Shown: positions 12,968 to 26,944, counted from the first letter of the stretch. The stretch is 64,000 bases of DNA from Eledone cirrhosa (GCA_964016885.1 OZ024742.1:159278001-159342000); one strand, 5' to 3'. Notes: generated by a model from the letters alone, not told the origin. Translations and numbers: made by a program.

Positions 12968-13496
12968 TATTTCCTTTCTTAGGTGGATAGCTATTTCCTT
13001 TATTAAAGGTGGAAAACTGGGAGAGGGCACTTGCCCTGGTGGTCAGGGTCACTGTGGCCTTTTAATGGGCTTTCTCCACAAATGTCCCTCGGAAGTCTCC
13101 CCCCTATTGAGGAATTTTTCATTGTTATTTTTTATTACATCCTCTGTTTTTTTTACACGCAGAAATGCCCATTTGTACAAAATTTAAACTTTTTATAATT
13201 ATCAAACAAAAATTTTTCTTTGAAAAATAATGGATTACTCAGAGTCACTCCTTCCTCACAATCCTACACCTCACACCGACACCACCATTGTAAATATTGC
13301 TACGTTTGCCAACACTGGAATTGTAAGCAGTAGCAATATTTTAAATTTGTCTCAGGCAGACGTTCATTTCCCGCCATTACCAATGACTGCAGGTCTTAAA
13401 GCCGCCGCCACCACCACCGCAACAACCCCCACCCCCACCACCACCACAGCGACAACAGAAACAAAAGAAAAAAATTAATTAACTCATGATATCGAA

Positions 13497-14560
13497 ATGA
13501 ATTCAACCAAAATGAACTCTTCCACACCGAACACCACTGACGCCACCACCACCACAACTGAAACTAAAATTAACAATAGCAAAAATAACGATAATAACAA
13601 CAGCAACAATGAAATTAAGAAAACTACCCTGAGTTTTGCCAGAGTAGCCAAAACGTGCGAAGCGATCCAGGTAACCCAGGAAGAATTAGACGAAGCCAAA
13701 GGAATGGTAAAGAAAGATGGGTACAGGGTCAGCCTCACCCCCCACCTAATAAAATGGAGCAACGACGCCTATGCACCGTGTCTTATCGGACAATAAACAT
13801 AAAATCGCGCCGAGTCGAACGGGCATCTGAGTCCCAAATCCAAAAAGCTTTGGGACATGTGTGGGCAAAAAACCCCCACATCAGACGTGGGCAGAAGTAT
13901 GGAACCGTGGACGTGTTCTTTGAAACACCACAGGAGGCCAGAGAACACTTCATGGCCCCATTAAGAAGTGACGACTTCACACTCATCCCAAGCTACTGTG
14001 ACCAGAGACTTGTGAAGATCAGGGTGACCCACAATCCACCGGCCATCGAAATTCCCTGGCTAATGGCTGCCGTCCTCGCCGGCATCGAGGCCAACACCAA
14101 AATAATAGAAATAGCAAAAGAAAAGCAGGAGAACTGGTCCGGATCTGGGTTGGAGCTCCTGATCCAAGCGGACCATAAAAGCATTGAGGAGATCCCAGAG
14201 ATAATAGACCTCACCGGCGGCAGCCACCTCACCGTAATCGTCGAGGGCAGAAGACCTAGGTGTGTCGTTTGTGGTGAAGGAACCCACCTAAGGGCTTTCT
14301 GCCCTCAGGCTAAAAGGTTGAGGCCACTTCTCTTACCCACCCCAGTGACTCAAACATCAACACCATCAGCAGCATCAGCAGCAGAAATAGCAGCAACAAC
14401 TGTAGCAGCAACAACAGAAGCAACTGTAACAGCAACAACCCCAGCAACAGTAGCAAAACCAACACCACCACCACCCAACGCCCCAGAACTAGCACCAGCG
14501 CCTACACCATCCACCACGCCACAACCAAAACCAACGCCTGTGGAGGATTTTCCACTCCAC
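13497..14560 (+). pseudogene. Tx1/L1 ORF1 (gag-like), frameshifted
   Basis: LSFARVAK N-terminal motif; VIVEGRRPRCVVCGEGTHLRAFCP (CX2CX4HX4C); low-complexity T/A/P tail. Confidence 0.8.
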
Positions 14561-14582
14561 GGCTTATCGCAACTGGAGACAG

Positions 14583-17500
14583 TTGATAGATGTAGTGGCC
14601 ATCAGCGAGACCAGAATCTCCGAAGCACTGGCCTTCGCACCGATCTTCGGCGGCTACGATGTGTACGCATCTCCCAGCCGTCCGGGATCGGGGGGAGAAG
14701 TTGCTGTGCTTTTTCGGAGATCCATACGAGCCATCTTCCTGGAACCAGAGGGTAAGTTGGTGGTGCTAGACGTGACCAGCGGAGACGGGCAAGCTTTCAG
14801 ACTAGTGGCCGTCTATGCCCCGACAGGAGCAGGGCGGCCTGATTTCTTCCGGCGTCTGGAGACCTTTCTTGGAACGTCCCACACTTTAATGTTAGTGGGC
14901 GACTGGAACGGGATCTTAGATGCACGCTGGGACTGTGTGGGATTAGCGGATAGGAGAGGAGGGTGCAAGAGCCTCACAAGTCTGCTCAGGCGTTTTGAAC
15001 TGTCTGACAGGTACCGATTGGATTTCCCGAATGTGCCAATGTGGACTTGGACAAATCGCATAGGGTCATCCAGATCATATCTAGATAGAGTATTTTGTAG
15101 AGAAATAGATAGGTCTAGCATAGGCTGTCCACAATTCAAGATAGTCAGCTACACGGACCACAAATTCGTGATCTGTGTGCTTGACTTAGATAGGCTTCAT
15201 AGACGAGGACCCGGCTACTGGAAGCTAAACGCGTCGTTACCAGCGCGCAAGGCCTACAGAGACCGGATTAGCGAACTAGTTAAGCGGGCGTTGACGGGGC
15301 CATATAGAGCACAGGGAGAATTAGTTAGAAAATTAGACGAGGCGCTTAGCAAAGGCATCGCGACCGACGTACTTGCGGCGAAATTGGCCCTTGACCAATT
15401 CTTCAATGCAAAGCACGAAGGCTGCGTTGTCAGAGCTAGGGTGCGTGCTCTCAGACACGAGGGAACGAAAGCCGTTCAATGGGCCCGAGTGGCGGAGGCG
15501 CGTCGTGGCAACAAAGCCACGATCCGGTCTTTGGTGGACCACGACGGGCGCATGCTACTCGATCCCGGGCAAATGTGTGAAGCTTTTCAGCGACACTTCG
15601 ATTAGTTGTTCGGGAGCAGCGGCGGGCCGGATCGAGGGATGGACTTTAGTGTCTACCTCGACGGACTGCCGCGACTCTCTCGGCCACTGAGGCGGAGTGT
15701 TGCGAAAAGCCGATAACAGCCGCTGAAGTACGGGAAGCAATGACTGGCTGCACAAGGGGTAAATCGCCTGGTTTGGATGGTCTGCCCTATGAACTTTACG
15801 TACAGATGCCAGACTTGTTCGGAGGCCTCTTGGCGGACGTCTACTGCAACTGGCAACAGAACGGGAGAATTCCCAGCTCTGTGAGCCGAGGAGCTGTGGC
15901 GCTGCTGAGAAAGGATCCGAACAAGGGGGATAACATAGATAATTTTAGGCCCATAACTCTGCTAAACACAGAGTTCAAGATTTTGGCCAAGCTGCTAGCA
16001 AAGAGGTTGGCGCTTGTCGTAGGTGGTCTGGTGGGAGAGGCGCAGACATGCGCCATTCCCGACAGATCCATCCACGACAACCTCCACCTCATGCGATACA
16101 TTGTAGAGGGGGTAGCTAGGGAACCTGGCACGGATGGGTCCTTGATCAATTTAGATCAGTCGAAAGCTTTCGATAGGGTCGACCATCGTTACCTAGCGGC
16201 AGTCCTGAGGGCGGCTGGCTTTGGGCCCGTCTTCAGAGGCTGGATCGCTGCCATGCACAACGACATCAGCTCTGTGGTGAGAGTAAACGGTCACCTTTCG
16301 GAACCGTTCAACATCATGCGCTCGGTCCGCCAAGGATGTCCCCTCTCGTCCCTCTTGTACGTATTGACTCTCGAGCCATTACTGCACAAACTGGAGACGT
16401 TGAGGGGGTCCCGCGCGAACTTGGGTGCGGAAGATCCGTGTCAGCATATGCGGACGATGTCACCGTAGTGGTGTCGAACGACAAACACATCGAGGCGATC
16501 GGTACTACACTAAAAGAATACGAAGCGGTGACAGGAGCAATGATCAACCAGGAAAAGTCAGTGGGCCTGCAGCTCGGCACCTGGAGAGGAAGGTCCATGC
16601 CGTCCAACAGCGTCGTCGGGCGCTGGACGGACGGACCAGTGAAATTGCTCGGGGTCTGGTTCGGTCCGGATCTCCAGACGGACAAAAACTGGGACGAGGT
16701 GACGAGCAGGGTGGCTTCTTTCACCCAGAAATGGGCCGAGAGGAAGCTATCCCTGAAAGGTAGAGCGGAGGTGGCTAACGCATATATCGCGTCTATCATC
16801 TACTACCGCCTGACCGTCGTACCTTGTCCTAAGCCCCGCCTGACTGCGCTGGAGCGTTTGCTCTTTCGCTTTTTGTGGAAGGGACGCGCTCCGATGGTCA
16901 GGCGGTCCATCTGTTGTCAACACCCGCTACGTGGAGGGCTGGGCATGCCGTGGCTGATGATGCGCAGACACGCGCTCAGGCTACGACATCTCCACCTCTT
17001 CCTCAGGTGTGGTCTTCGTTTGCTAGACGCGTCTTTCCCCAGCTCGTCTCCTTGACGGAGCTGCAGTCCTGGGTCAAGCGAAGACCGAGAGGGAGCACTT
17101 GCAGACGGGAATGTCTTCACGCGCTCACAGCCCTCGACCAATCGGGCAATGTGATCGGTGGAAACTCCACCTTGGCGTTCTATAGAGGATTAGTGGAGGG
17201 GAAGAGCGACGACGTACTTGGAGAAACTCTAGGCGTCGACGAAAATCAACTAGCTAATCTCTTCGGAAGGACTTTCGGGCCGGGGCCTATGGACAACTTC
17301 CAGAAATCCCTGGCCTGGCAGTGCTACCGAAGAGCTTTGCCAGTTCGGGATAAACTCTACAGACATGGAGGTGCCGTCAGCCGGGCATGTCCGAGATGCG
17401 CGCAGGGCGACGAAACCGTTCTGCACGCACTCGTCCAGTGTCCGAGCATTGCTGACTTGTGGGTTTATGTCGAACATCTGCTGTCACGTGTAGGACGGAT

Positions 17501-17804
17501 CCAGCTATCAGCTGAGTCCATCGTGAGGATTGCCCCGCCCTCTTCCTTCAGCCGGGAAGGGCAGGCAGTTTTTATCTGTCTGGTGGCCATTGCGAAAGAG
17601 ATAGTATGGTGGACACGTTTGAAAGGGCTGAAGACGAGCACTTACCTCTTCGGTGATGCCCTGATTAACTTTTTCAAATTTCATTTGAAAAGGAAAATCA
17701 GGTTAGAGAGGGAAGTGCTCTCTTCCCAGCATTTTGTTGAAAGATGGGTGAGAGATGCAAGTATGGCCCGAGTGAATGGGCCTACTATGAGTATGTGTCT
17801 GTAA
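14583..17804 (+). pseudogene. Tx1/L1 ORF2: AP endonuclease, reverse transcriptase and zinc finger, split over four ORF segments
   Basis: DVVAISET, VYAP, GDWN, SYLDRVF, TDHK (APE); KSPGLDGLP, FRPITLLN, DQSKAFDRV, RQGCPLS, YADD (RT); CPRC...ETVLHALVQC. Confidence 0.92.
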
Positions 17805-18075
17805 ATTAAGGTGGAAAACTGGGAGAGGGCACTTGCCCTGGTGGTCAGGGTCACTGTGGTCTTTTAATGGGCTTTCTCCACAAATGTCCCTCGGAAGTCT
17901 CCCCCCTATTGGGGAATTTTTCTTTGTTATTTTATTACATCCTCTGTTTTTTTTGCACGCAGAAATGCCCATTTTTACCGTCCTGTATTGTCCTGTACTG
18001 TCCTTAATGTCTACTTTATGTAAACCCTTGTGGTTAATAAAGAAAACATTATTATTATTATTATTATTATTATTC

Positions 18076-21000
18076 CTTGAATCTCAATCATTGATGTTAG
18101 TTAACTGGAAAGTCCGTTGGAATAAATATCAAGCCACTACCTGCAGCCTCAGATATTCAGGACGTATCGGACGGTTCTTGCTGTTCCCAGCAAACATGCC
18201 TTTTGAAGCGTTCCAAAAAGCATGAAGGGGCCGATTTTCTTTAACCATCCCTGGAAACTTTTGGAGATAGTCCCCAGTACGCCTATGACAATCGGGATCA
18301 CTTTGACTTCATGGCTGTTCCAAATCCTTTTTACCTCCCACTTTAAGTCCTGGTATCGGTTAATTTTCTCCCTCTCCTTCTCTTGCACTCTCGTGTCGAA
18401 TGGGCAGGCCACATCCACAATCAGACACGATCTTTTTTATTTGTCCACAACCACCAGGTCAGGTCTATTGTGTTCCAGTTTCTTGTCCGTCTGTATCCTA
18501 AAATCACACAGCACCTTCACCTGATCGTTTTCTATCACCGACTCTGGCTTATGCTCATACCACTTCTCAGAATGTGGTAAATTGTTTACTTTGCACAGGT
18601 GCCAGTTGATCACTCTGCCCATCACATCATGTCTCCAGCCCTTATAGTGAGTCTGGGCTAGGTGTTTACACTCGGATACAATGTGAGCCACAGTCTCCTA
18701 TCTCTCTCCACAGATCCTGCACAGTGGGCTAGCCTCCTCCTTGTAAATATGGTGTTTCAGCCACTTCGTTTTGAGGGCCTGCTCCTGCGCAGCCATTAAC
18801 ATTCCTTCTGTAGCCTTTTTAAGGTCTCCTCTTCTCAGCCAGTTCCATATCTGTGGATCTCTGAATTCCGTTTTCTCAAAGGGATTTTTCATGAAGGTTG
18901 CTCTTTCTCCTCGTTGTTATTTCCTCCTTTTGACATCCCCAGGTCTATTGTCCTCTCCTTCAGTACAATTCTGAGCATTGGCTCCTTACTAACGGTCACA
19001 TATTTATGTAGGTTGTTTTTCTCCATCTGAACACAGTCCTCTATGCTGATAAGAGCTCGTCCACCTTCAGATCTCCTTAAGTAGAGCCTATAGACATCAC
19101 TCCTCTTGTGGAACATGTTGTAGATAGTCAATAGCTTCCTAGTCTTCCTATCCATTTCTTTTTGTTCAGCAACATTCCATCTCAGAATTCCCGCACTGTA
19201 CCTAATAATAGACACAGCTCTGGAATTTACTGCACTTATGGCATTCCGACTGTTCACATGTGACTTTAATACGCTCCTTACTCCCCGAATGTATTCAGAT
19301 CTTATCAATTCCTTCATTTTTTTGTTCTTGATGTCATCAGCCTCCAGAATAACCAAATACTTGTATCCTTGTGTCAATTTCCTTTATCATCTCACCTGTT
19401 GGTACCTGGATTCCGTTGCTTCTGCTCAATTTACCCCTCCTCATCACAAGGACTCCACACTTACTAATACCAAATTGCATACATATATCATTGCTGAAAA
19501 TACGGACAGTGTCAACAAGCACATCCAACTCCTTTTCACTCTTCCCGAAGAGCTTAAGATCGTCCATGAAGGGGAGGTGATTGATGGTAAGCTCTCCCTT
19601 TCCCAATTTGTATCCTGCTCTCACTTTTCGCAGGGGCATCAGGGCAAGGACAAATAACAGAGGAGACAGACTATCTCCCTGGAATATACCTCTCTTGATC
19701 TTCACGCTTCCCAAGGATTCTCCAGCTGATGTTAACTCTGTTTTCCAGGACTTCATACTTTTGCTCAACAACTGTCTGATGTTATCTGCCACCTTGAAGA
19801 TCTCTAAGCCTTTGGTGATCTAAGAATGAGGCACCATGTCAAATGCCTTTTTGTAGTCTATCCATCCCATGGCAAGACCAGTGTGTCTCCTCTTGCAATT
19901 CCTCATTACCATCTTATCAATAAGTAATTTCTCCTTTGTACCACTGGACTTCTTTCGGCATCCTTTCTGTTCGTCCGGTAACAAGTTGTTTGTGTGGAGG
20001 TGATGGTAGATTTCCTCAGACACAATGCTTGTCAACAGTTTCCACATTACGGACAGACATGTGATAGGTCTATAGTTGGTAACATCACTACCCTTGATTC
20101 GGTCTTTCATTACCAGGGCTGTGGTACCTTTTGTCAACCACTCTGGTACCTCACCTGACATCAAGCAGTCATTGAACATAGTTGTCAGTTTCGGCTGGAG
20201 CGATGTTAAATTTTTAATCCAATACCCCTGCACACCATCTGGGCCTGGTGATTTCCAGATAGTTAGTTTTTTTGCCTGCCCCTTAAGAGTTTCAACTGTG
20301 ATACTCAAATCAGTTTGTTTGTGTGCCTGTTCACTATCTCCTTTTGTACTGTCTCAATCCACACTGCCTGGTCATTATGTTTAACATCCTGCTCCCATAT
20401 TCCTCTCCAGAATGTCTTAGTTTGTTCCGCCTCAGGGATCAAGTCGTTACCTCATTCTTTCCCTTAAGCTGTCCAAACAGCATCTTCTGGTTGTTGTCAA
20501 ACATGCGGTTCTGTCTATACTGACTGACTCTGCTCTCGTATCGCCTAATCTTTGCACTCTTTGCTACAATGCGTTGCTTCAGTTCCTCTATGATAATATT
20601 TAGCCTTTTCCTCCTAGTTTTGTACTTTATTTCCAGTCTATTTTTAGTGTCTATGTTTTTTAGTGTCCCATTCAGTAGGGACTCAATCTTTCCAATGTCA
20701 TTTCTCATTTCCCTGATTTGACCATTCAGACGTTTCTTCCACCAATGTTCTGATCTATCTTGTTGTTTCCTCTCGCTTTTATGCCAAGTAATTTCCTCAC
20801 CGCATTTGCTGTTGCTTTGAGGATATTGTTGCACTAGTGAAGGCTCCTCGCCTCAAGGTATGGGATGACTTTGTTTACCTTAGCTGTTGTTTCTTTTAAC
20901 TTTTTCCTGTCTACAAATCTTAGGTTCATAGATTTCCCACTATCATTGTTCATTTCATCTACCACTAAGTTTAGGATATCAACCAAATCTTGCCCTAGAC

Positions 21001-22372
21001 CGTCAGCATTCATCTCCTCAATGGCCGTATCTTTGTTCCAGGTATTATTTATTTCAACATTCAGATCATTGTCTGCTTCGGATGGTTCCTCCGTTCTCTC
21101 AACCTCTTCACCTTCATTTCCCACTGGCTCATTTTCCTGGTATTCTCCACTCTCCATTTCCAACCTAATCTCTCTGCTCAGTTCCTTCAGTTCCAGCTCG
21201 CTTATCCACCCATTAGTTCTTATTACCCGAGCCTGCCCGGCCAATTTTTGTTCATCTAATTTAAATAGACCAATCTCGTTCCAGATGTTATGCATCCGTT
21301 TCCTATAGCCTTTTTCCTTGGGGTTACTCTTCAGGTAACATTGCATAACAGTTCTATTCAATTCTTTCGTCCAGTTGGTTCTGGTCTCTTTCCTTCTTCT
21401 TCCTGCGACACCAGCAGTATTTGGTTGACAGCCAGGTCCCTGCTGCTGAGCCAGGGAGCACCTGCTGCGTAGAGTCTGTCAGATGACATTCCAGTCTCCA
21501 CTTCACCGTTATTCGAACTGTTTAGGTTCGACATTGAAACACTCTTATCGAGGATTGGTGAATGTATGGTTACATAACCCTCGGTGATTTTAGCGTGGCA
21601 CTATCACGCTGTAGACGAACAAATAGGTAAAAACAAACAAACAAATAGGTAAAAAAAAAAAAAAATAAGCATAAGTTTCATTGTAATGTAATGTTTGAAT
21701 GTCTGCCTTTGTTTTTCTTGCTTGTCTGTCTGTTTGTTTTTCTTTTCTTTTTTTCTTTTCTTTACGTTTCTCGTTGCTGCTGTGCTGTTTTGATTTTGAT
21801 TTTTGATTTTTTGATTTTTTGACCGGGTCATCAAATCAGTCTATTTATATCTTTTGATGCCTTCCTCATTTAGTGGGAGTACTATGATGCCTCTCTTAGT
21901 GGGAGAGAATAGCGGCGGTAGCGATAATGAGGCAGTGGTGGTGGTGGTGATGTGCTAGTAGTACTTAGCAGGAGGTAGTGGGAGAGAATAGCGGCGGTAG
22001 TGATAATGAGGCAGTGGTGGTGATGTGCTAGTAGTACTTAGCAGGAGGTAGTGGGAGAGAATAGCGGCGGTAGCGATAATGAGGCAGTGGTGTTGGTGAT
22101 GTGATCGTAGTACTGTAGTGATGGTGTTGAAATTGAAGTAGAAATAGAAGTTGAGATAACTTGACTAGAGTTTTTGGCGTGGTAGTGGTGATGGTGGCGG
22201 TGGTGGTGTTGGTGGTGAAATGATTGGCCTGTCTGTCCACTTAGCCATTTTCTCTTTTTTGACTATAACATTTCTGATCCAATATTAAATATTGGGACCC
22301 TATGCCGTAATAAGAATTATTCTATCACAGTTGTTTTAAATGAGTAAAAATCAAAAACTTACGGGAGCGATC
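18076..22372 (-). mobile_element. R4/Dong-clade non-LTR retrotransposon copy 1 (decayed)
   Basis: Fragments WKSPGPDG, YRPITCL, IDYKKAFD, GIFQGDSLSP, FMDD, CRIC..HIVSEC, NRPDLVV (RLE); (TAA)n at the 3' end. Confidence 0.9.
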
Positions 22373-22412
22373 CATAACAATATATATCAACCATGTGCGT
22401 TATTATTATTAC

Positions 22413-22457
<45 letters not shown>

Positions 22458-22459
<2 letters not shown>

Positions 22460-25400
22460 CTTGAATCTCAGTCATTGATGTTGGTTAACTGGAAACTCCG
22501 TTGGAATGAATATCAAGCCACTACCTGCAGCCTCAGATATTCAGGACGTATCGGAGGGTTCTTGCTGTTCCCAGCAAGCATGCCTTTTGAAGCGTTCCAA
22601 AAAGCGTGAAGGGGCCGATTTTCTTTAACCATCCCTGGAAACTTTTGGAGATAGTCCCCAGTGCGCCTATGACAATCGGGATCACTTTGACTTCATGGCA
22701 GTTCCAAATCCTTTTTACCTCCCACTTTAAGTCTTGGTATCGGTTAATTTTCTCCCTCTCCTTCTCTTGCACTCTCGTGTCGAATGGGCAGGCCACATCC
22801 ACAATCAGACACGCTCTTTTTTCTTTGTCCACAACCACCAGGTCAGGTCTATTGTGTTCCAGTTTCTTGTCCGTCTGTATCCTAAAATCCCACAGCACCT
22901 TCACCTGATAGTTCTCCATCACCGCCTCTGGCTTATGCTCATACCATTTCTCAGACTGTGGTAAATTGCTTACTTTGCACAGTTGCCAGTGGATCACCCT
23001 GCCCATCATGTCTCCAGCCCTTATAGTGGGTCTGGGCTAGGTGTTTACACTCGGATACAATGTGAGCCACAGTCTCCTCTCTCCACAGATCCTGCACAGT
23101 GGGCTAGCCTCCTCCTTGTAAATATGGTGTTTCAACCACTTCATTTTGAGGGCCTGCTCCTGCGCAGCCATTAACATTCCTTCTGTAGCCTTTTTAAGGT
23201 CTCCTCTTCTCAACCAGTTCCATGTCTGTGGATCTCTAAATTCAGTTTTCTCAAAGAAGGTACTATGAAGGGATTTTCCCTGAAGGCTGCTCCTTCTCCT
23301 TGATGTTATTTCCTCCTTGGACATCCCGTGGCCTACTGTCCCCTCCTTCAGTACAGTTCTGAGCATTGGCTCCTTACTATCAGTCACGTATTTGTATAGG
23401 TTGTTTTTCTCCATCTGAACACAGTCCTCTATGCTGGTAAGACCTCTTCCACCCTCAGATCTCCTTAGGTAGAGTCTATCGACATCACTCCTCTTGTGGA
23501 ACATGTTGTAGATAGTCAATAGCTTCCTAGTCTTCCTATCCATTTCTTTTTGTTCAGCAACATTCCATCTCAGAATTCCCGCACTGTACCTAATAATAGA
23601 CACAGCTCGGGAATTTACTGCACTTATGGCATTTCTGCTGTTCAGATGTGACTTCAATACGCTCCTTACTCCCCGAATGTATTCAGTTCTTAACAATTCC
23701 TTCATTGTTTTGTTCTGTATGCCATCAGCCTCCAGAACGCCCAAATACTTGTATCCTTCCTCAGAGTCAATTTCCTTTATCATCTCACCTGTTGGTATCT
23801 GGATTCCGTTACTTCTGCTCAACCTACCCCTCCTCATCACAATGACTCCACACTTACTAATACCAAAATGCATACATATATCACTGCAGAAAATGCGGAC
23901 AGTGTCAACAAGCACATCCAACTCCCTCTCACTCTTCCCGAAGAGCTTAAGATCGTCCATGAAGGGGAGGTGATTGATTGTAAGCTCTCCCTTTCCCAAC
24001 TTGTATCCTGCTCTCACTCTCCGCAGCATAATGGTCAAGAGCATCAGGGCAAGGACAAACAACAGAGGAGACAGGATATCTCCCTGGAAGATACCTCTCT
24101 TGATCTTCACGCTTTCCAAGGATTCTCCAGTTGATGTCAACTCTGTCTCCCAGGACCCCATACTCCTGCCCAGCAACTGTCTGATGTTATCTGCCACCTT
24201 GAAGATCTCCAGGCTTTTGGTGATCCAAGAGTGAGGCACCATGTCAAATGCCTTTCTGTAGTCTATCCATCCCATGGCAAGATCAGTGTGTCTCCTCCTG
24301 CAATTCCCCATTACCATCTTATCAATAAGTAACTGGTCCTTTGTACCACGTGACTTCTTTCGGCATCCTTTCTGTTCGTCCGGTAACAAGTTGTTTGTGT
24401 GGAGATGATGGTAGATTTCCTCAGACACAATGCTCGTCAACAGTTTCCACATTACGGACAGACATGTGATAGGTCTATAGTTGGTAACATCATTACCCTT
24501 GATTCGGTCTTTCATTATCAGAACTGTGGTACCTTTTGTCAACCACTCTGGCACGTCACCCGACACCAAGCAGTCATTGAACATGGCCGTCAGTTTCGGG
24601 TGGAGGGATGTTAAATTTTTAATCCAATACCCCTGCACACCATCTGGGCCTGGTGATTTCCAGTTGGTTAGTTTTTTTGCCTGCCCCTTAAGAGTTTCAA
24701 CTGTGATACTCAAATCAGTTTGTTGGTGTGCCTGCTCACCGATCTCCCTCTGTACTGTCTCAATCCACCCTGCCTGGTCATTATGTCTAACATCCTGTTC
24801 CCATATTCCTCTCCAGAATGTTTTAGTTTGTTCCGCCTCAGGGATCAAGTCGTTGCCTCTTTCTTTCCCCTCAAACTGTCCAAACAGCATCTTCTGGTTG
24901 TTGTCGAACATGCGGTTCTGTTTATACTGACTGACTCTGTTCTCGTATCGCCTGATTTTTGCACTCTTTGCTACAATGCGTTGCTTCAGTTCCTCTATGA
25001 TAATATTTAGCTTTTTCCTCCTAGTTTTGTACTTTATTTCCAGTCTATTTTTAGTGTCTATGTTTTTTAGTGTCCCATTCTGTAGTGACTCAAGCTTTCC
25101 TATGTCATTTCTCATTTCCTTGATTTGACCACTTAGTCGTTTCTTCCACCAAGGCTCTGCTCTTTCTTGTCTGTTGTTTCCTCTCGCTTTTATACCAAGT
25201 AGTTTCCTCACCGTATTTGCTGTTACTTTGAGGATATTGTTGCACTGGTGAAGGCTCCTCGCCTCAAGGTATGGGATGACTTTGTTTACCTTAGCTGTTG
25301 TTTCTTTTAACTTTTTTCTGTCTACAAATCTTAGGTTCATAGGTCTCCCACTATCATTGTTCAATTCATCTACCACTAAATTTAGGATGTCAACCGAATC

Positions 25401-26926
25401 TTGTCCTAGCCCGTCAGCATTCATCTCCTCAGTGGCCGTATCTCTGTTCCAAGTATTATTTATCTCAGTGTTCAGATCATTGTCTGCTTCGGGTGGTTCC
25501 TCCGTTCTCTCGACCTCTACACCTTCATTTCCCACTGGCTCGTTTGTCTGGCATACTACACCCTCCATCTCCAAGCTATTCTCTCTGCTCAGTTCCTCCA
25601 GTTCCAGCTCGCTTATCCACCCATTAGTTCTTATTACCCGAGCCTGCCCGGCCAATTTTTGTTCATCTAATTTAAATAGACCAATCTCGTTCCAGATGTT
25701 ATGCATCCGTCTCCTATAGCCCCTCCCCTTGGGGTTACTTTTCAGGTAACATTTCATAACAGTTCTATTCAATTCTTTCGTCCAGTTGGTTCTGGCTCCT
25801 TTCCTTCTTCTTCTTCCTCCAACACCAGCAGTATTTGGTTGACAGTTAGGTTCCTGCTGCTGAGCCAGGGAGCACCTGTTGGGTGAGAGTCTGTCACATG
25901 ACGTTCTAGTCTCCATTTCACCGTTATTCGAACTGTTTAGGTTCGATATTTAAACACTCTTATCGAGGATTGGCGAATGTATGGTTACATAGCCATCTGT
26001 GGATTCACCGTTTCCGGTGGTTGCGCCGTTCCATTTGGCACTTGTGTGGCATTATCACCACGCTGTAGACGAACACAAATAAACAAACAAACACACATGC
26101 ATAAAAAAAACCAAAAATGAATAAGCATAAGTTTCATTGTAATGTAGTGTTCGAATGTCTGACTTAGTTTTTCCCCTCTCTTCTCTGCCCGTCCGCTTGT
26201 TTCTCTCTTCATTCTTATTTTCTTTACGTTTTTTTTTTTGTTTTTTGTTTTTGTTTTTCTCTGTTTGTTTTTCTCGTTTTTTGCTGTTGTTGCTGTGCTG
26301 TTTTGGTTTTGATGTTTGTTTTTTCTTTTTTCTTTTGAGTCTATCTATATATTTTGATGCCTTCCTCTTTTTTAGTAGGAATTCTATAATGTGGTGGCAG
26401 CAACTAGCAGAAGCAATGGGAGACAGCAGCGGCGGTAGCGATACTGAGACAGTGGTGGTGGTGATGTCGATACCGAGTCAGTGGTGGTGGTGATGTGATC
26501 GTATTACTGTAGTGATGGTGTTGTAGCGGTGGTAGCAATGAAGGAGTGGTGGCGGCGGTGATGGTGGGATAGTGGTAGTAATGATGGCCGTTATCTGGCT
26601 GTTGTGTTTAGTGTACACAGAGAGGTGATGGGGTAGGTGGTGTATCTAGTTTCTGGTGTTGGTGAGATTGGTGTTGTTTGGCTGTTCTATATAGTGTAGA
26701 CAGAGGAGGGGGGGGGTTCTTCTTCCATTTATAGCCATTTTCTTTTTTGAATATACAATGTACAATACAAAGTTGAATATTTGAATATTTGAGCCTTATA
26801 ACAATATATTTTGGGTCCGAATTTTTTTGGGGCTCAAGTCGGATGCTTTACGTAGCATTTGTACTAAGAGTTGTTATTTCACAAATGATTTAAATATGTT
26901 AAAAATTCAAAACTTACGGGAGCGAT
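22458..26926 (-). mobile_element. R4/Dong-clade non-LTR retrotransposon copy 2, full length
   Basis: Close paralogue of copy 1, head-to-tail with it, (TAA)n at the 3' end, same 5' start atcgctcccgtaagt. Confidence 0.92.
22533..25916 (-). pseudogene. Dong/R4 single ORF (RT, CCHC, RLE endonuclease), frameshifted near 23010-23080
   Basis: 959-aa ORF 23037-25916 with RT motifs, plus 158-aa ORF 22533-23009 with RPDLVV...DVACP...KINRY. Confidence 0.92.
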
Positions 26927-26944
26927 TTCATGACATTCTACCAC

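Larger units (their letters stand above)
12328..12979 (-). mobile_element. Retrozyme-like/PLE-derived tandem repeat (479 bp unit plus ~170 bp partial)
   Basis: 12328-12499 is repeated at 12807-12979, and each repeat carries a canonical HHR. Confidence 0.75.
13006..18047 (+). mobile_element. L1/Tx1-clade non-LTR retrotransposon, near full length, frameshifted
   Basis: ORF1 with a CCHC knuckle; ORF2 with APE, RT and a C-terminal zinc finger; AATAAA at ~18035; 3'UTR segment duplicated at the 5' end. Confidence 0.92.

Noticed and set aside
23626-25719. Plus-strand ORFs overlapping the Dong ORFs
   Set aside because: Antisense shadows of the RT reading frame.
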